A program made the translations under genes and the position numbers. A stretch of DNA of 64,000 nt, from the NCBI GenBank assembly GCA_965603825.1, contig CBFDEM010000002.1, forward strand, positions 62,001 to 126,000, in the 5' to 3' direction. The DNA is from Blepharisma stoltei ATCC 30299. Lineage: Eukaryota > Protista > Ciliophora. The notes under the pieces are model-generated. The model saw only the letters and a list, made by a program, of their open reading frames with translations, did no database searches and was not told the DNA's origin. How positions within the stretch are numbered: the first letter of the stretch is position 1; every line of letters begins with the position of its first letter. Shown piece by piece: positions 37,033 through 48,964 of the stretch.

Positions 37033-38574
37033 ATGGGATGCTCTGTAAATGCAGGCAAAAGAGCAGTTAATATAGGAGGAAACCCTGAAAATGTGGTCAC
37101 AATAACCAACGCATCTATCTCAAAAAAAGCTAAAAAGAGCAAAAATGACCCACTTGATCGTCGAGTCAGTTCAGTAAACGATCTTATTGTCCAGCAAGCC
37201 AATTTTGTCATGGAAAACGAAAATAAATTCCAAGAAGTCTATAGAATCGCAAACGTCATAGGTGCAGGCGCTTTTGGGGAAGTCAGAGTTTGCTTTCACA
37301 GAGACACTGGCGCTAAAAGAGCTGTAAAAATATTCAGAAAAGATATGATGACTAATGAGTCATCCAAGGCAAATTTAGACAGAGAAATTGCTATTTTGAA
37401 GTCATTAGACCATCCTAATATAGTAAGAGTTTATGAATTTTTTGAAGATTCTAAAAGACTTTATATAGTCATGGAATATTGTAGCGGAGGTGAGCTGTTT
37501 GCAGAGATTACAAAGAGGGCGTCATTTACGGAAAATCAAGCAGCTCAGGTCATGCATCAACTGTTTTCAGCCGTTTCATATTTGCATGATAATGGAATCC
37601 TACACAGGGATTTAAAGCCAGAAAATATTTTACTAGAAGAAAAGAATGAGCTGATAAATATAAAATTGGTAGACTTTGGGACTGCTACTTTTAACGTTGA
37701 TAAAAGGGCTATTACACAAACCATGGGAACGGCCTATTATATTGCTCCAGAAGTCATTGAAGGAGACTATAACGAAAAATGCGATGTCTGGAGCTGTGGA
37801 GTTATTATGTATATATTACTAGCTGGATATCCGCCATTTAATGGAACTAATGATGATGGCATTATAGAAAGTATCAGGAAAGGAGTATATGATTTAGATG
37901 GAGACCCATGGCCTAGAATCTCAGAAGATGCAAAAGAGCTTTTATGCTTGATACTGACACCTGAAAAGAAAAGGCTATCTGCTTCACAAGCACTACAGCA
38001 CACATGAATATCCCAAAGGGTTTATAGGCCTGTTACTAGCAAAGAGGTGATGGAGTCTATTATAAACAAATTAAAAGCTTTTCATGCCACAAGTAAGCTA
38101 AGAGACGCTGTCCATACTTTTATCACTCTTCAGTGCATTTCGAACCAGGATACTAAAATACTTAGAGAAGTATTCAGGACAATGGATAAAAATGGGGATG
38201 GAAAAATTAGCAGGGGAGAGCTGCTAGATCAGTTTATTAACACTATAGGCACTGCTAATGCTGAGATTGAGTCTGAGCATATAATGAAAGAAGTCGACAC
38301 AGATGCAAACGGCTTTATAGATTACACAGAGTTTTTAAAAGCTACAATGGACATAAAGAAAGTCTTATCTGCAGAAAATTTAAAAGCTGCTTTTAAATTA
38401 TTCGACAGAGATGGCAGCGGAAGTATATCAAAAAACGAACTCAAAAAAGTATTAGGCGGCACTATTGTAGCTGAAGATCACGTTTGAAATGAAATTATCA
38501 GAGAAGCAGACCAGAATGGGGATGGGGAAATCGACTTGCAGGAGTTTCAAGATCTTATCTTGTCAAAAATTTAA
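37033..38574 (+). CDS. CDPK: Calcium-dependent protein kinase (kinase plus 4 EF-hands)
   Basis: MGCS N-terminus; IGAGAFGEV, HRDLKPEN, DFG, GTAYYIAPE; EF loops DKNGDGKIS, DTDANGFID, DRDGSGSIS, DQNGDGEID; two TGA=Trp. Confidence 0.93.
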
Positions 38575-38699
38575 CAATGTTATTAAATATATTTTTTACG
38601 AGAAAATAATAGAGATTTATTATTAAAACAAATTTTTTATATAAAAAAAAATTATTCTTTGCTAATTATTTCCTATTTTATCCTCTAAATAACAGTAAT

Positions 38700-39956
38700 T
38701 TATCCTTTTAAAGCTTCATATGCAGTAGAAATCCCAAGCATAGTTAAAAAAATAGTCCAAGAAGACAGTAGAATTCTTTTAAACTCTGATGTTTCTAATT
38801 TCCAATATATAAGGGTAGGAAAAATTTTTCCAATAAGCACTGAAAATATTCCTCCAATTATTTTAAAATATGAAATTGCGTCAGGAATTTTTATAGCTGT
38901 GATGACAGAATATAGCAAAATAAGAGCGGTAATTGCTATATGTGTGTTTATGCCGGTGTTTAGCTTGGTAGATAAATTAGATATCGCCATTCTTGTCATA
39001 TGAACGTTAGCAGGAACTCCCAGCATTAATGTAAATGATAAGCAAAACTTAGCCATAATCATAGGAAGGTCTATTGAGTTTTCTTCTAATGGCTCTCTGT
39101 TAACAATCAGTCTTGGCATATTGTCAATGTGAGACAAAAATCCAAAGACTCCAATTACAAGATAAAATGCTATAATAAGATTATTCGTCTTACCAATAAT
39201 TTCTCCCATTTTATTAGGATTCCTTTTCTTCATTTCGCTATACACAATTGGTATAGCTCTACTCGCTTCAAATGCAAATAAAATTATACAAAGTCCATTT
39301 ACTGCCCCATAATCAAAATTAATCCAATTAAAATGCTCCCAAAATTCATATTTTCTTGATAAATAAGATGGAGTCTGGATAAAGACGATAGCTGATATAT
39401 AAATAATTGTGGTAACACTTATTATTGAGGTATATCTTAAGGATGACAATCTTCTATATAAAGAAAGAGGAAAAAGTACAAATAAATTGATTATAAGGGT
39501 AATAGGGATTTTACAGTAATCGCCATATTCTGAAGGGATTATATTGATTGAGTGTAATAAACTGTCTAAAAATTGTGCAATCATTGCTTGATATGAACAG
39601 AGAATTCCTATAGAATATATAATTAAAGAAATCTGTATGATTTTTTGAGGGGTTTTTCCAAGTAAGGCAGCTACGATTCCGATGTAGGTAGTTTCTTTGG
39701 TTTTATCGACTGCATTTATAAGGATTTTGTAATAAAAAGAGCATGTTAACCCACTGAACAGTATAAAAAAAATTCCTAATAAAAGCCCGCATTTATGGAC
39801 TGCATATGGAAGCCCCATAACTCCTGATCCTATTATAACTGAGCATAGTGTACATACTGAAGAAGTCATAGACCCAGGCCGAATTGGGTTTGCTAATAAA
39901 GCAAAGCTGTTTTTCTTTTTAAAACTTAGCCCAGAATCATTTTCTAAGATTTTCAT
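38700..39956 (-). CDS. Amino-acid transporter (Aa_trans / SLC38-like)
   Basis: IIGSGVMGLPYA, many TM helices, ILFAFE..IPIVYSEMK. Confidence 0.85.
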   Translation of the reverse strand: MKILENDSGLSFKKKNSFALLANPIRPGSMTSSVCTLCSVIIGSGVMGLPYAVHKCGLLLGIFFILFSGLTCSFYYKILINAVDKTKETTYIGIVAALLGKTPQKIIQISLIIYSIGILCSYQAMIAQFLDSLLHSINIIPSEYGDYCKIPITLIINLFVLFPLSLYRRLSSLRYTSIISVTTIIYISAIVFIQTPSYLSRKYEFWEHFNWINFDYGAVNGLCIILFAFEASRAIPIVYSEMKKRNPNKMGEIIGKTNNLIIAFYLVIGVFGFLSHIDNMPRLIVNREPLEENSIDLPMIMAKFCLSFTLMLGVPANVHMTRMAISNLSTKLNTGINTHIAITALILLYSVITAIKIPDAISYFKIIGGIFSVLIGKIFPTLIYWKLETSEFKRILLSSWTIFLTMLGISTAYEALKG

Positions 39957-40873
39957 TTTATTTTTAATATTTAAAAAGAAAATATAATTAGAATATTGAA
40001 AACGTATTATAATTTTATTTTAATTAATAATTACTCGTTACTTGTATTATTATTTAACAAGATAATTAATTGTTAATCTAACCGTCCCCTCCGTGAGCGA
40101 GATAAGAAATTTTGTTTATTCACAAAAAGGGCTAATTTTTATTTTTAAAATATACTCTATTCACTCTCAAAAAACAGCTGAAAATAAAGCTGAGCTGTAA
40201 TTTTCATAGTAAAAGATAATGAGTGTACTAAATGCATGCAGAGCACCAACAGACAATCCAGAAAGCAAAACATTCTTACTCGTGAACAACAAGATCAGCA
40301 AAATAAATCTTGAAAGAGTAAAACATTGCACGTGAAAATTGTTTTGAGTTTACAAAAATTTATCATCCAAAAAGTAATGGAAAATCAAAAATATTGATTT
40401 GGCTTCCACAGTTTTTGATTTTCGAAAAATTTTTCATCGTCAGATTTGTTCTTTGGAGTTCAAAAAGTTTTTATAGTCATTTATTTTTGCTTCGCAGGAA
40501 ATTATTTGCAGATGAGATTTGTTTATGCTGCCAGAAATTTTGACTTGCCAATGGTTGCCGCTTCTTTAAGTGCACTTCGTGCACTATTAAACTTTCCCTT
40601 AGCTATATTTATTGATTTACTAATTTAAATGCTGTTTCTCGACTTTATAATGATGTATTTCTAAGATTTTATATTTACGAAATATAAAAAAACGATTTCG
40701 CAGGAAAGTAAAAATTGAATTTATTTATATAATTTATGTTTTATACCACAGGCTATTTGACATCTAACAAAATTATCTAAGGAAGATCGATAATTAGCTG
40801 CAAAATAAATTAAATAAATTATCATTGAAAATGGAATATAGAATATTTTCGCCTAAATCTTTTAATTAAAACT

Positions 40874-41890
40874 ATGGTATCTATGAGTGCTTCATTTATC
40901 TTAAAGCCAAGACCAAAATTAGAAGTGAAAAGAAGCAAAAGTATGACAAATTTAAGCAAAACTTCTTGAAACCCGAACCCAAGCACGCTTTCTATTATAT
41001 ACCAGCATTGACAAAAATTACCTACTGCATCAAAATTAGAATACACAAATTTGAAAAAGATTTTTACTGAGGAAAGCCAAAAAATAAGGCAGGAAATACG
41101 GAGAAATGATAGGCTAAATAAATCGATATCTGTAATCCCGAGAACTAAGTATAAAAGAAGAGTTCGAAATTCGTCACAAGTAGTTGATTTGATGGAAAAA
41201 CTGAAAAAAGCGAGAGAGCTGAAGGAAAAGGAAAAGCAGAAAAAGGCAGCGACCCCTCTTTTGCATTTTGCAAAAGCTTTAGGCCAGTCATGCCAATCCT
41301 GTACACAAAATGTTCTATTTAGCAGTAGTAGGTCAAGTAAAAAATTTGGATTTCTCCTTAAGAAAAGTATTATTGAACGTACAATAGCCCCTGATGAGCC
41401 ATATAAAGAAATTCTTGAAGCAGAAAAAGGTGCATTCTCTCGGATTCCTATAAAAGAAGAACTGACAATTGCTTCTAGAACTGGAGAATTATTTATTTCT
41501 GACTTGAATTCTGCCTCAACTGCAAGTTTACTTAAAAGGCATGATATAAGATCTATTTTGAGTATTGGTATAAATAACCAGCCAGTAAAATATCCATTTA
41601 TTGAGAATTATTACACAGTCAATATTGTTGATAACGACTCAGGGGTTGAAAACTTTTTTGAGTCAATTCCCTCAGCGTTTAAAATAATTGACAAATGCTT
41701 ATCTGAAGGAAACTTGCTTATTCATTGCTATTATGGGGTCAGCAGATCTTGCGCAGTAGTTGCTGTATATCTTATAAAAAAGTATCAAATTTCCTTAGCA
41801 AAAGCAATCACAATCACACATAAAGGACGGAAAAGTTTCAAGCTATCTCCCCTCTTAGAAAAGATGTTACTAGAGCTAGAAAAATTATAA
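40874..41890 (+). CDS. Dual-specificity protein phosphatase with long N-terminal extension
   Basis: LLIHCYYGVSRSCAVVAVYLI CX5R motif; ATG 40874 in frame via two TGA=Trp. Confidence 0.8.
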
Positions 41891-41914
41891 ACTGCATAAG
41901 AATTTTAATTAATC

Positions 41915-42361
41915 CTAAACTGCTGCATCTATCATATCTCTTCTCCTAACATCATTTTCTTCCTCCCCAAACTGCGTCGTGAAAAATGCATCAACCATTT
42001 GCTCTGCGACAAAATAAGTAGTCTGCCTCTCCCCAATGGCAATCACATTGCTATCATATTTTTTTCTTGCGGTTTCTGCAGTCCATAAATCGTGACATAG
42101 CGCACATCTGATTCCAGGAAATTTATTAGCTGAAATAGAAATCCCGATACCAGTTCCACATACGAGCAGTCCGAATTTTGCCTCATTGGCGATTATTTTG
42201 TCACAGACAGCTTTTCCATAATGCGGATAATCCACCATTTGGGCGTCAAAGCAGCCTACATCAATAACTGTAGCCCCTTTGCTTTGGAGATGCTCAATAA
42301 GTCTGTTTTTTAAGCTAATACCAGCATGGTCGCTTCCAGCAGCAATCACAATATTTTCCAT
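41915..42361 (-). CDS. rpiB: Ribose-5-phosphate isomerase B (RpiB/LacAB family)
   Basis: GSDHAG, VDYP, CGTGIGISISANKFPGIRCALC. Confidence 0.88.
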   Translation of the reverse strand: MENIVIAAGSDHAGISLKNRLIEHLQSKGATVIDVGCFDAQMVDYPHYGKAVCDKIIANEAKFGLLVCGTGIGISISANKFPGIRCALCHDLWTAETARKKYDSNVIAIGERQTTYFVAEQMVDAFFTTQFGEEENDVRRRDMIDAAV

Positions 42362-42377
42362 TATTTAATTTATTATA

Positions 42378-44117
42378 TTAACAGCTGCTTTTCCAGGTTT
42401 CTGCGATTTTTTCGACTGTAGATTTTAAGGTATCATGCAAATTTTTAAGCTTTTGAACCCTTTCTTTGGTAACCCTTGCTTTTTCGTAGAGCTCGGCTCA
42501 GTCGATTTCTTCTTGTTTCTCGTCTTTTCAGGATAATTTTGCTTCATCACATCTGTCTTTTATATATTTCCTCAGCTCTAAGTGTGTAAACTGGGTGATT
42601 TCGCCTGTTTTTCTTAATTTAGCAATTTCTTTCATTTCAGTTTTGGCTATTAAATTGCTTAAATCTCTCTCGTCTGCAATTTTTTTCATTTCTAAAGCCA
42701 CTCTAGGGAATTTTGTGAGGACGTCTTTAAGGATTTTTTTTTCAAGGACTAATAGTTCAGTTGGTTCCATGCATTTGACGGTAAATCTTCGATTTATGTC
42801 TTTAAACATTTCGATTTCTCCGAAATAGGAGTCAGCTCTTAAGTGCTTAAATATTATAGAATCCTCTCCACTATACACATATCCAATCCTCCCTTTCAGT
42901 ACAAAATACATTTCCTCTGGGTAATCTTTTTCATCATAAATTATATCTCCCGCTGCATAGTGCTGATTAATCAAAAATGGGACCACCGATGACACAAAAA
43001 CTGGGTCTTTATCCTTAAAAAATGACAAAGTCCTTGCCGCTCCCTGGTGCATAAACATTGACACTTCATACCTTAAATACCTGGGAAGCTCCATAAACAC
43101 GCTTTGTTTATCATACAAACTCCCCCCAGTCCTATCAGTTGAATAAATCAGGGAATCTTTTAATTTTTTTTTCAAGGCAAACCCGACCCCTGACTCATTG
43201 CAAAATTCTTCAATTAATGCCAATTTTTGTTCAGTTACAGATGCCTTGGTATCAATGCCAGAAATCATGGTTGACAAGCTGGAAATTGCAAAGGTGAAAA
43301 AGAAAAGCACAAAGGCCATTCAGATAATGGAGACTAGTCTTTCTGTAGTGTTTTGAGCTGTGATGTCCCCATAGCCGACGGTAACAAGGGTTGTTAAAGC
43401 TCAGTAAAGTGCTCGTAGATAAAGTGACCCAGTTTCAAAGTCTTGAAAATTGTTTACAACGACCCAGGTTTTATAAGAATAATCTTCAAATTTTGAGGCA
43501 TAATTGAATAAGCAAGCTACTAGGTGAAGTAGAACAATAACAAGCAAAATAAAACTGCAGAGTCTCATAGCACTTCTTTTGATGCTTAAAAATTCTTCAA
43601 CTTTTTGCATGAATTCGTTATTTCTGCTTCCTTTCATCATTTTAAAAAGCCTACTAAGTCTTAACAGTTTCACAAGCCTGGGCAGCCTGGCCAGTCTTAA
43701 TAGCCCGCTATAACTTGTGTTCCCATTCCCACTTCACAAATAAAAAGGAAAGCAAGCAATTAAGTCAATTCAAAACCAACCTGTAATATAGTTTCAAGCT
43801 ATTTTTCACCTATTTGTTATAATAACTTCGTCAGCTTCATAAGCACTATTAAATGTAATAAGAATGTCACAGAAAAATACACCGTTCAGGACATTTTCGA
43901 CGTACCACCATGAATCATACATAGAAGTTTCGTAAAAAGATAGCACAAAAGTCATACCAAATGCGGTATAAAGTAAAAGTGCAGAGATGATCATATTTCA
44001 GATGGTTTTAAACAGCTTTCCAGGGTGAAAAAGATATTTGGGGAAATCAACTTCGTCATAGTCATCAGGCTCGAGGTCCCTTTTCGTGGAAAGGTCACAA
44101 TTCCTGCTTTTTTCCAT
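42378..44117 (-). CDS. Voltage-gated K+ channel with cyclic-nucleotide-binding domain (EAG/KAT-like)
   Basis: Single frame with 9 TGA=Trp; S4 LLRLARLPRLVKLLRL; pore LY(W)ALTTLVTVGYGD; CNBD YFGEIE. Confidence 0.9.
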
Positions 44118-44186
44118 ATTATGGCATTATGATTTTTTTAAATTTTCACAGAATTAAAGGATTACCAAATATAGATTTAGATTTAG

Positions 44187-44789
44187 TTATCTCCTCCAAA
44201 TATCAAACTTATTAAGCAATAGCCTGCTCCCAGACTGCACTGCTTCACTTGGCCTCAGAGTTCTGTTGTTGCCTCCTTCCCATTTCACGAGAGTTCCTTT
44301 CACAATTGCGTATTTGTATTCTATATCTTTTGACTTCTGGCTGAGGCTTATGATAGCTTTCCAAATATGCCCATTTGTCCATTCAAGATCTAAAGCTCTG
44401 TCGGACCTTCAATTTCCCATGACTTCGTGGCCTCCTAGAATGATCATTCTTTCTCCAAACGCTGTGTTATAGTGCATGCTAAATGTTATTTCAACTGTTT
44501 TACCTTGTGCGAGCTCTTTTTCTAGCCGAATAGCTTCTTCAAGAGCTTGACCATATATTGGAAGCACTTTTAGCTCATTTAGCTCGTCTATTAGTTTATT
44601 TTTTGACTTTTTGTATCTTTTTTTCTCTGTTGGTAGTGTTTGAGACTTATGAAGTTTGCTTTCGTCAATTTTTATAGATGATGTACTTTCTGAAAATTTC
44701 CTAACCTTAGGTATAAAACCTATAGAATGAGAACCCTGAGATGTGAAATCGGTATCTTTTGATATGAAACTGCGTCCTTTATCACTCAT
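44187..44789 (-). CDS. CBM20 domain protein, copy 2 (inverted duplicate)
   Basis: Same length (603 nt) as and near-identical to 24773-25375. Confidence 0.85.
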
Positions 44790-44892
44790 AATGCTATTAA
44801 GCTTTAATTATTAATTAAAATTATAATCCCTTAAATATCTCATTTGACATACTCGACACAAATTTACATAATCCCTTAATTTTCCTATTAAA

Positions 44893-46017
44893 ATGAATTT
44901 CTTTCAAATAATTTTCCTCAGTTTTGCCTCTGCTGAGCTCTTATTTGTGACTGAAATTTCAAAAGAAGGCTTAAAAACGCTGCCAAAAGTTTACCCATGG
45001 TCTTTACAAGAAGAGCCAAATTCTCTTACAAAAGAAGGATTCGACCAGCATTATCAAATTGGCCAGAAGCTTAAAGAGAAATACCATCTTCTTATCCACC
45101 CTTATTATACTGAAGAAGACATCATATCTAAATCCTGCAGTTCTTTAAGCTGCATTTCTAGCTCCAAAGCTCAGCTCGAAGGGATCTATGGCAAGCCTTA
45201 TGATTTTAAAATTAATTTTACCCGCGAAGTTGACGACTTTTTATTCAAGCCTCAAAAAGCTTGCCCAAGAATTAATTGGCTGCTGAGTTATAGGCTTGAG
45301 CATAAGGCATGGAAAGAAGTATGGGGCAGGATTTTAGTCCATGAGAAAAGCTTAGAGAAATTGGTTGGGGATAGTATCGATATGTGGAATATTTATGATC
45401 TGGGAAGCGTCTTAGTGTCATATAAAGATAGAGAAATTCCTTATCCTAATGAAATAACAAAAGAAGAAGCAGAAACTGTGATTGAGGCTTATTATAGGTT
45501 CCAGGACACGCTTATGTTTGGGTCAAGAGATCAAGGGATTTTGGCGACCAATGAAATGATGATCAATTTACTTAGGTCGCTGAACCATGCAGTTTCTAAG
45601 CCACATCTGCTAAAGCAAAGGCTGCATATTTATGTAGGGGATGATGCTTGGTATATGGCAATAATGAGGATTCTTGGGATGGACTATTCACCTTCTTCTC
45701 CTGCGTCAGCTCTTTTTATTGAGCTTCATAGACTAGGTGATGATCATAGAATAAGATTTTGGCAGAAAAATTCTTATATAGAAGTCCCAGAGTGCGGCTT
45801 AGAATGCGATTTCCGAGAATTCGACCGAATTATCACAAAAAGAAACTTTAAAGCAGAAAAACAGCACAGAACCCTTTGTTTCACTCTTGAAGAAATCAAA
45901 GAATTTTACTGGCAAAAATACCTGCTAATGTTTTTTGCTTGTATGTTCTTCTTTCTCATCTTCAAATACAACACACAACTAGCAGTATGGATAGGTAAAA
46001 AGTTTAAGCAAGAATAA
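44893..46017 (+). CDS. Histidine acid phosphatase-fold type I membrane protein, probably inactive
   Basis: Signal peptide; LTKEGFDQHYQIG..L..KY, P.PASALFIELH, C...C.F.EF; C-terminal TM; RHG motif replaced by KEG. Confidence 0.75.
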   Translation: MNFFQIIFLSFASAELLFVTEISKEGLKTLPKVYPWSLQEEPNSLTKEGFDQHYQIGQKLKEKYHLLIHPYYTEEDIISKSCSSLSCISSSKAQLEGIYGKPYDFKINFTREVDDFLFKPQKACPRINWLLSYRLEHKAWKEVWGRILVHEKSLEKLVGDSIDMWNIYDLGSVLVSYKDREIPYPNEITKEEAETVIEAYYRFQDTLMFGSRDQGILATNEMMINLLRSLNHAVSKPHLLKQRLHIYVGDDAWYMAIMRILGMDYSPSSPASALFIELHRLGDDHRIRFWQKNSYIEVPECGLECDFREFDRIITKRNFKAEKQHRTLCFTLEEIKEFYWQKYLLMFFACMFFFLIFKYNTQLAVWIGKKFKQE

Positions 46018-46046
46018 GAATATAATTCATTAATTTTTTATAAAAA

Positions 46047-46779
46047 ATGAAGCCAGGGACTCCTCTTGAAAGCTTCCGAAAAAATCACATTCAAAAATTC
46101 TCAGACCAAACACAAATGGTCAGAGAAGACCTCAGTGACTGCATAAACATAGCTGCTGAATTAAACAAATCTAGTGAAAACACCCTCAAAAGCTTAAAAG
46201 ATCATGTAAATCTCTATACAGCTGCAAATCCTTATTGAGCTTGCAGAACAAGAAAAGGTAAAAACAAAAATTTTGGAAGAAAAATTCGCCCACGACCTTG
46301 AAGAAATGCAGGAAGAAATATCGAAGACTGTTTACGATAAAGAACAAGCCACTCAGTGAAACGCTTATAAAGAAGAAATTGAAGGAATGGAAAATAAACT
46401 AAAAAGAGCTTATGAAGAGGAGCTTGAAGAGGTAAAAAACACCAAAATAGCAGTGCAAACTTTTTTAGAAGTAAATAAGAATTAGACTGAAATCCCACAG
46501 CTGCGAGACTTGCTTAATAAAGAAGACTCATTATATAAAAAAGAAGAAGCTGAGCTGACAGGGAAATTAGAAGAAGAGCTAAGGAATGTAGAAACTGCTA
46601 GAAAAGAGCTTAGGGACGAAATCCAGCACCAGAGAAGCGAGCTTTCACAAGATCTACTAGCATTTAATAGCAGAATTAAAGAGCAGACCTTGCTGATGAA
46701 AAGTGAAGTCAACCAAATTTATTCAGTTATTGATGAAGATCTTGTAGCACTTGGGGATATGGCGAAACTGCTCAGATAA
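46047..46779 (+). CDS. Coiled-coil protein (233 aa)
   Basis: Frame restored by introns 46206-46221 and 46471-46485 and one TGA=Trp; E/K/L-rich heptads. Confidence 0.75.
46206..46221 (+). other. 16-nt intron
   Basis: GTAAATCTCTATACAG; restores frame. Confidence 0.8.
46471..46485 (+). other. 15-nt intron
   Basis: GTAAATAAGAATTAG; removes an in-frame TAG. Confidence 0.85.
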
Positions 46780-46808
46780 TAAATTATGATTTCAATTATT
46801 ATTTGTGA

Positions 46809-47885
46809 CTATTTTTTTCCTATTTGGAATGTTATCTGCTCTATTCTTTGGCCAGATTTTCAGGTCCCAAATCAAGGCAGAATACTTTTATCGTTGCAGT
46901 TAAATAATTTGCCTCTGCCGTCTTGCTCCCCGAATTTTCATTCTCCTATATACACTTTTCCATCTGGCCAATTGAGGACTCCAAATCCATGCATTAAGCC
47001 ATTTTGGAAGGTCCCTTGATATTTTCTCCCATCTGGCCATGTAAAAATCCCACTCCCATGCATTTTGTCGTCTTTTCAATCTCCTTTATATTTTTTGCCG
47101 TCATACCAAATAAAAATGCCTTTTCCTTCTTTATTGTTATTCTTGAAATCGCCTTCATAAAAGTCTCAATTTTTTAAGCACATCATACCTTTTCCATGCC
47201 TTAACCCATATTTGTAGTTTCCTTTATAATATCATCCATCCGATTCTTCTATACCTTCCCCATGCAAAAGACCATTTTTGAAGGTGCACGTGACTTTTGT
47301 CCCATCAATTCGTTGCAGAAACCCTCGATAAATTCTTCCTTTTGCTCACTCCCCTTGATATACATCTCCTTCTGCAGTAATGAGACGTCCATTTCAAAAT
47401 CTTTTATTATATTTAAAATGACCCTCATATTTTGAGCCATCTGCGCAAACTTCGATACCTTTTCCATGCTTTTCTCCTTTATCATTCCACTGGCCGCTAT
47501 ATATAGTATTATTGTTAAAAATATATGCAGGATGGCTATAAACTGTTACATAATCGGGAAGAGGGAAGCCACTCACAAAAGTTTCCAATTTACTTTCAAC
47601 ATTTCTAGCTTTTTCTGATACTCTTTTAGAAAGATCGCCTTCAAATCGTTGGTTTAAGCCTTTAACTATTTTCAAAGCTAAAAGTTTTTTTCTGTCCATA
47701 TATCCCCTTGCAGCGTTTTTTATACCAGTATAATTGTTCTTTATTTCATGCTTTTTTATTGGGATTTTTATCACAACCGCCTCAGGTTGTACACTCTCTT
47801 CATCTGGTTTTGGAGGTTTCTGGACGGGTTGATCTTTTTTCTTGATTAATTTGTCTAAATTGAAGAATGATAAAATCGATTCCAT
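46809..47885 (-). CDS. MORN-repeat protein
   Basis: Repeated Y.G.W/F..G..HG.G units (YSGQWNDKGEKHGKG, YQGE(W), YKGNYKYGLRHGKG); several TGA=Trp. Confidence 0.88.
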
Positions 47886-48063
47886 TCTTTGTTCTATATT
47901 TTAATGAAATTTGGATAATAATTCTCATGATTTAAGAAAGAAATGTGGCTTAATTATATGGTTTTATGGTTTATTAGTAGTAAAGTTATTTTTATATGTT
48001 TATCATAGAAAATTATTTTCTTCTATAAAAAGCTGAATTACAGACTGAAATTTTCTTATTGAT

Positions 48064-48315
48064 TTATTTTAATTGCCTATTGTCCTTCATTTCTTGGAAA
48101 GCTTGATATCTTCCTGAATAGTATCCTGCGTAATATCAAGCCATTAGTAAAGGTTTTAATGATGGGTCTTCTACTTGAGGCAAAAGCATAGGGATTTCGC
48201 TTTTTCCACCTTCTACTCGGGAATCAATAGGCTTTATTGGAGTGCTTCCTACTTCATGGCAATTTTCGATTTGTTTTTGGAAGGATTTCATAATAGCGTC
48301 ATTATCTCATTCCAT
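48064..48315 (-). CDS. SMN: Minimal survival motor neuron protein (Gemin2-binding motif plus YG box, no Tudor domain), 83 aa
   Basis: ME(W)DNDAIMKSF...LLMA(W)YYAGYYSGRYQA; both Trp are TGA; absent from the ORF track. Confidence 0.8.
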
Positions 48316-48964
48316 TTTTTATAATCAAAATATAAAGAGAAATGTTGTCTAAATTTACTTAAAGAAAGCATAAGGTTAACAAAGTGTAATAGCAGAATTT
48401 ATTTTTACTTTTTAATAGAAAATAAAAGTACATTTTTGCGAATTTTATTGCTTTTAATAGCAGATGTTATGCTCATTTAGTAGTCTTCTTTATTTTCTGT
48501 ATCAAATGAGATATTATTTCATAAAACTCATAATAGAACTAGCTATGTAAGCTCTTATTTAATTGATTTATCTATTAAAGGACACTTAATAGCCTCATAT
48601 CTTGGAAAAATGCTAACTATTTTACAGATAGCATTAGTACCTCAAATAGTAATTTTCTTGCATAGATAATAGGCATTTTAAATTTCTATTAATACTAAAA
48701 ATTTTTGCCGTTTTTCAATTTCAGCATGGCTTCAAATCCTGACTAGATTAGCCTGACTATAAAAAGAATCAAATAACCCTTCTAATTAAATCATCTCATT
48801 TCTTCATATAAAGAAATAGTTTTCTTTTTTTTATAGATAACTCCACTTATAAATGACTCCTGCAAAAACTTTAAAAAAGAGATTAAATTATTTTTCCATT
48901 AAATTTTTATTACTGTTTCTTATCCTCACTAGCTTAAGCTGCCACCATAAGCCATAAAGATAAA

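Noticed and set aside
40080-40630. Short GC-rich patch and weak ORFs as an snRNA or gene
   Set aside because: No recognisable snRNA motif; frames interrupted by TAA/TAG
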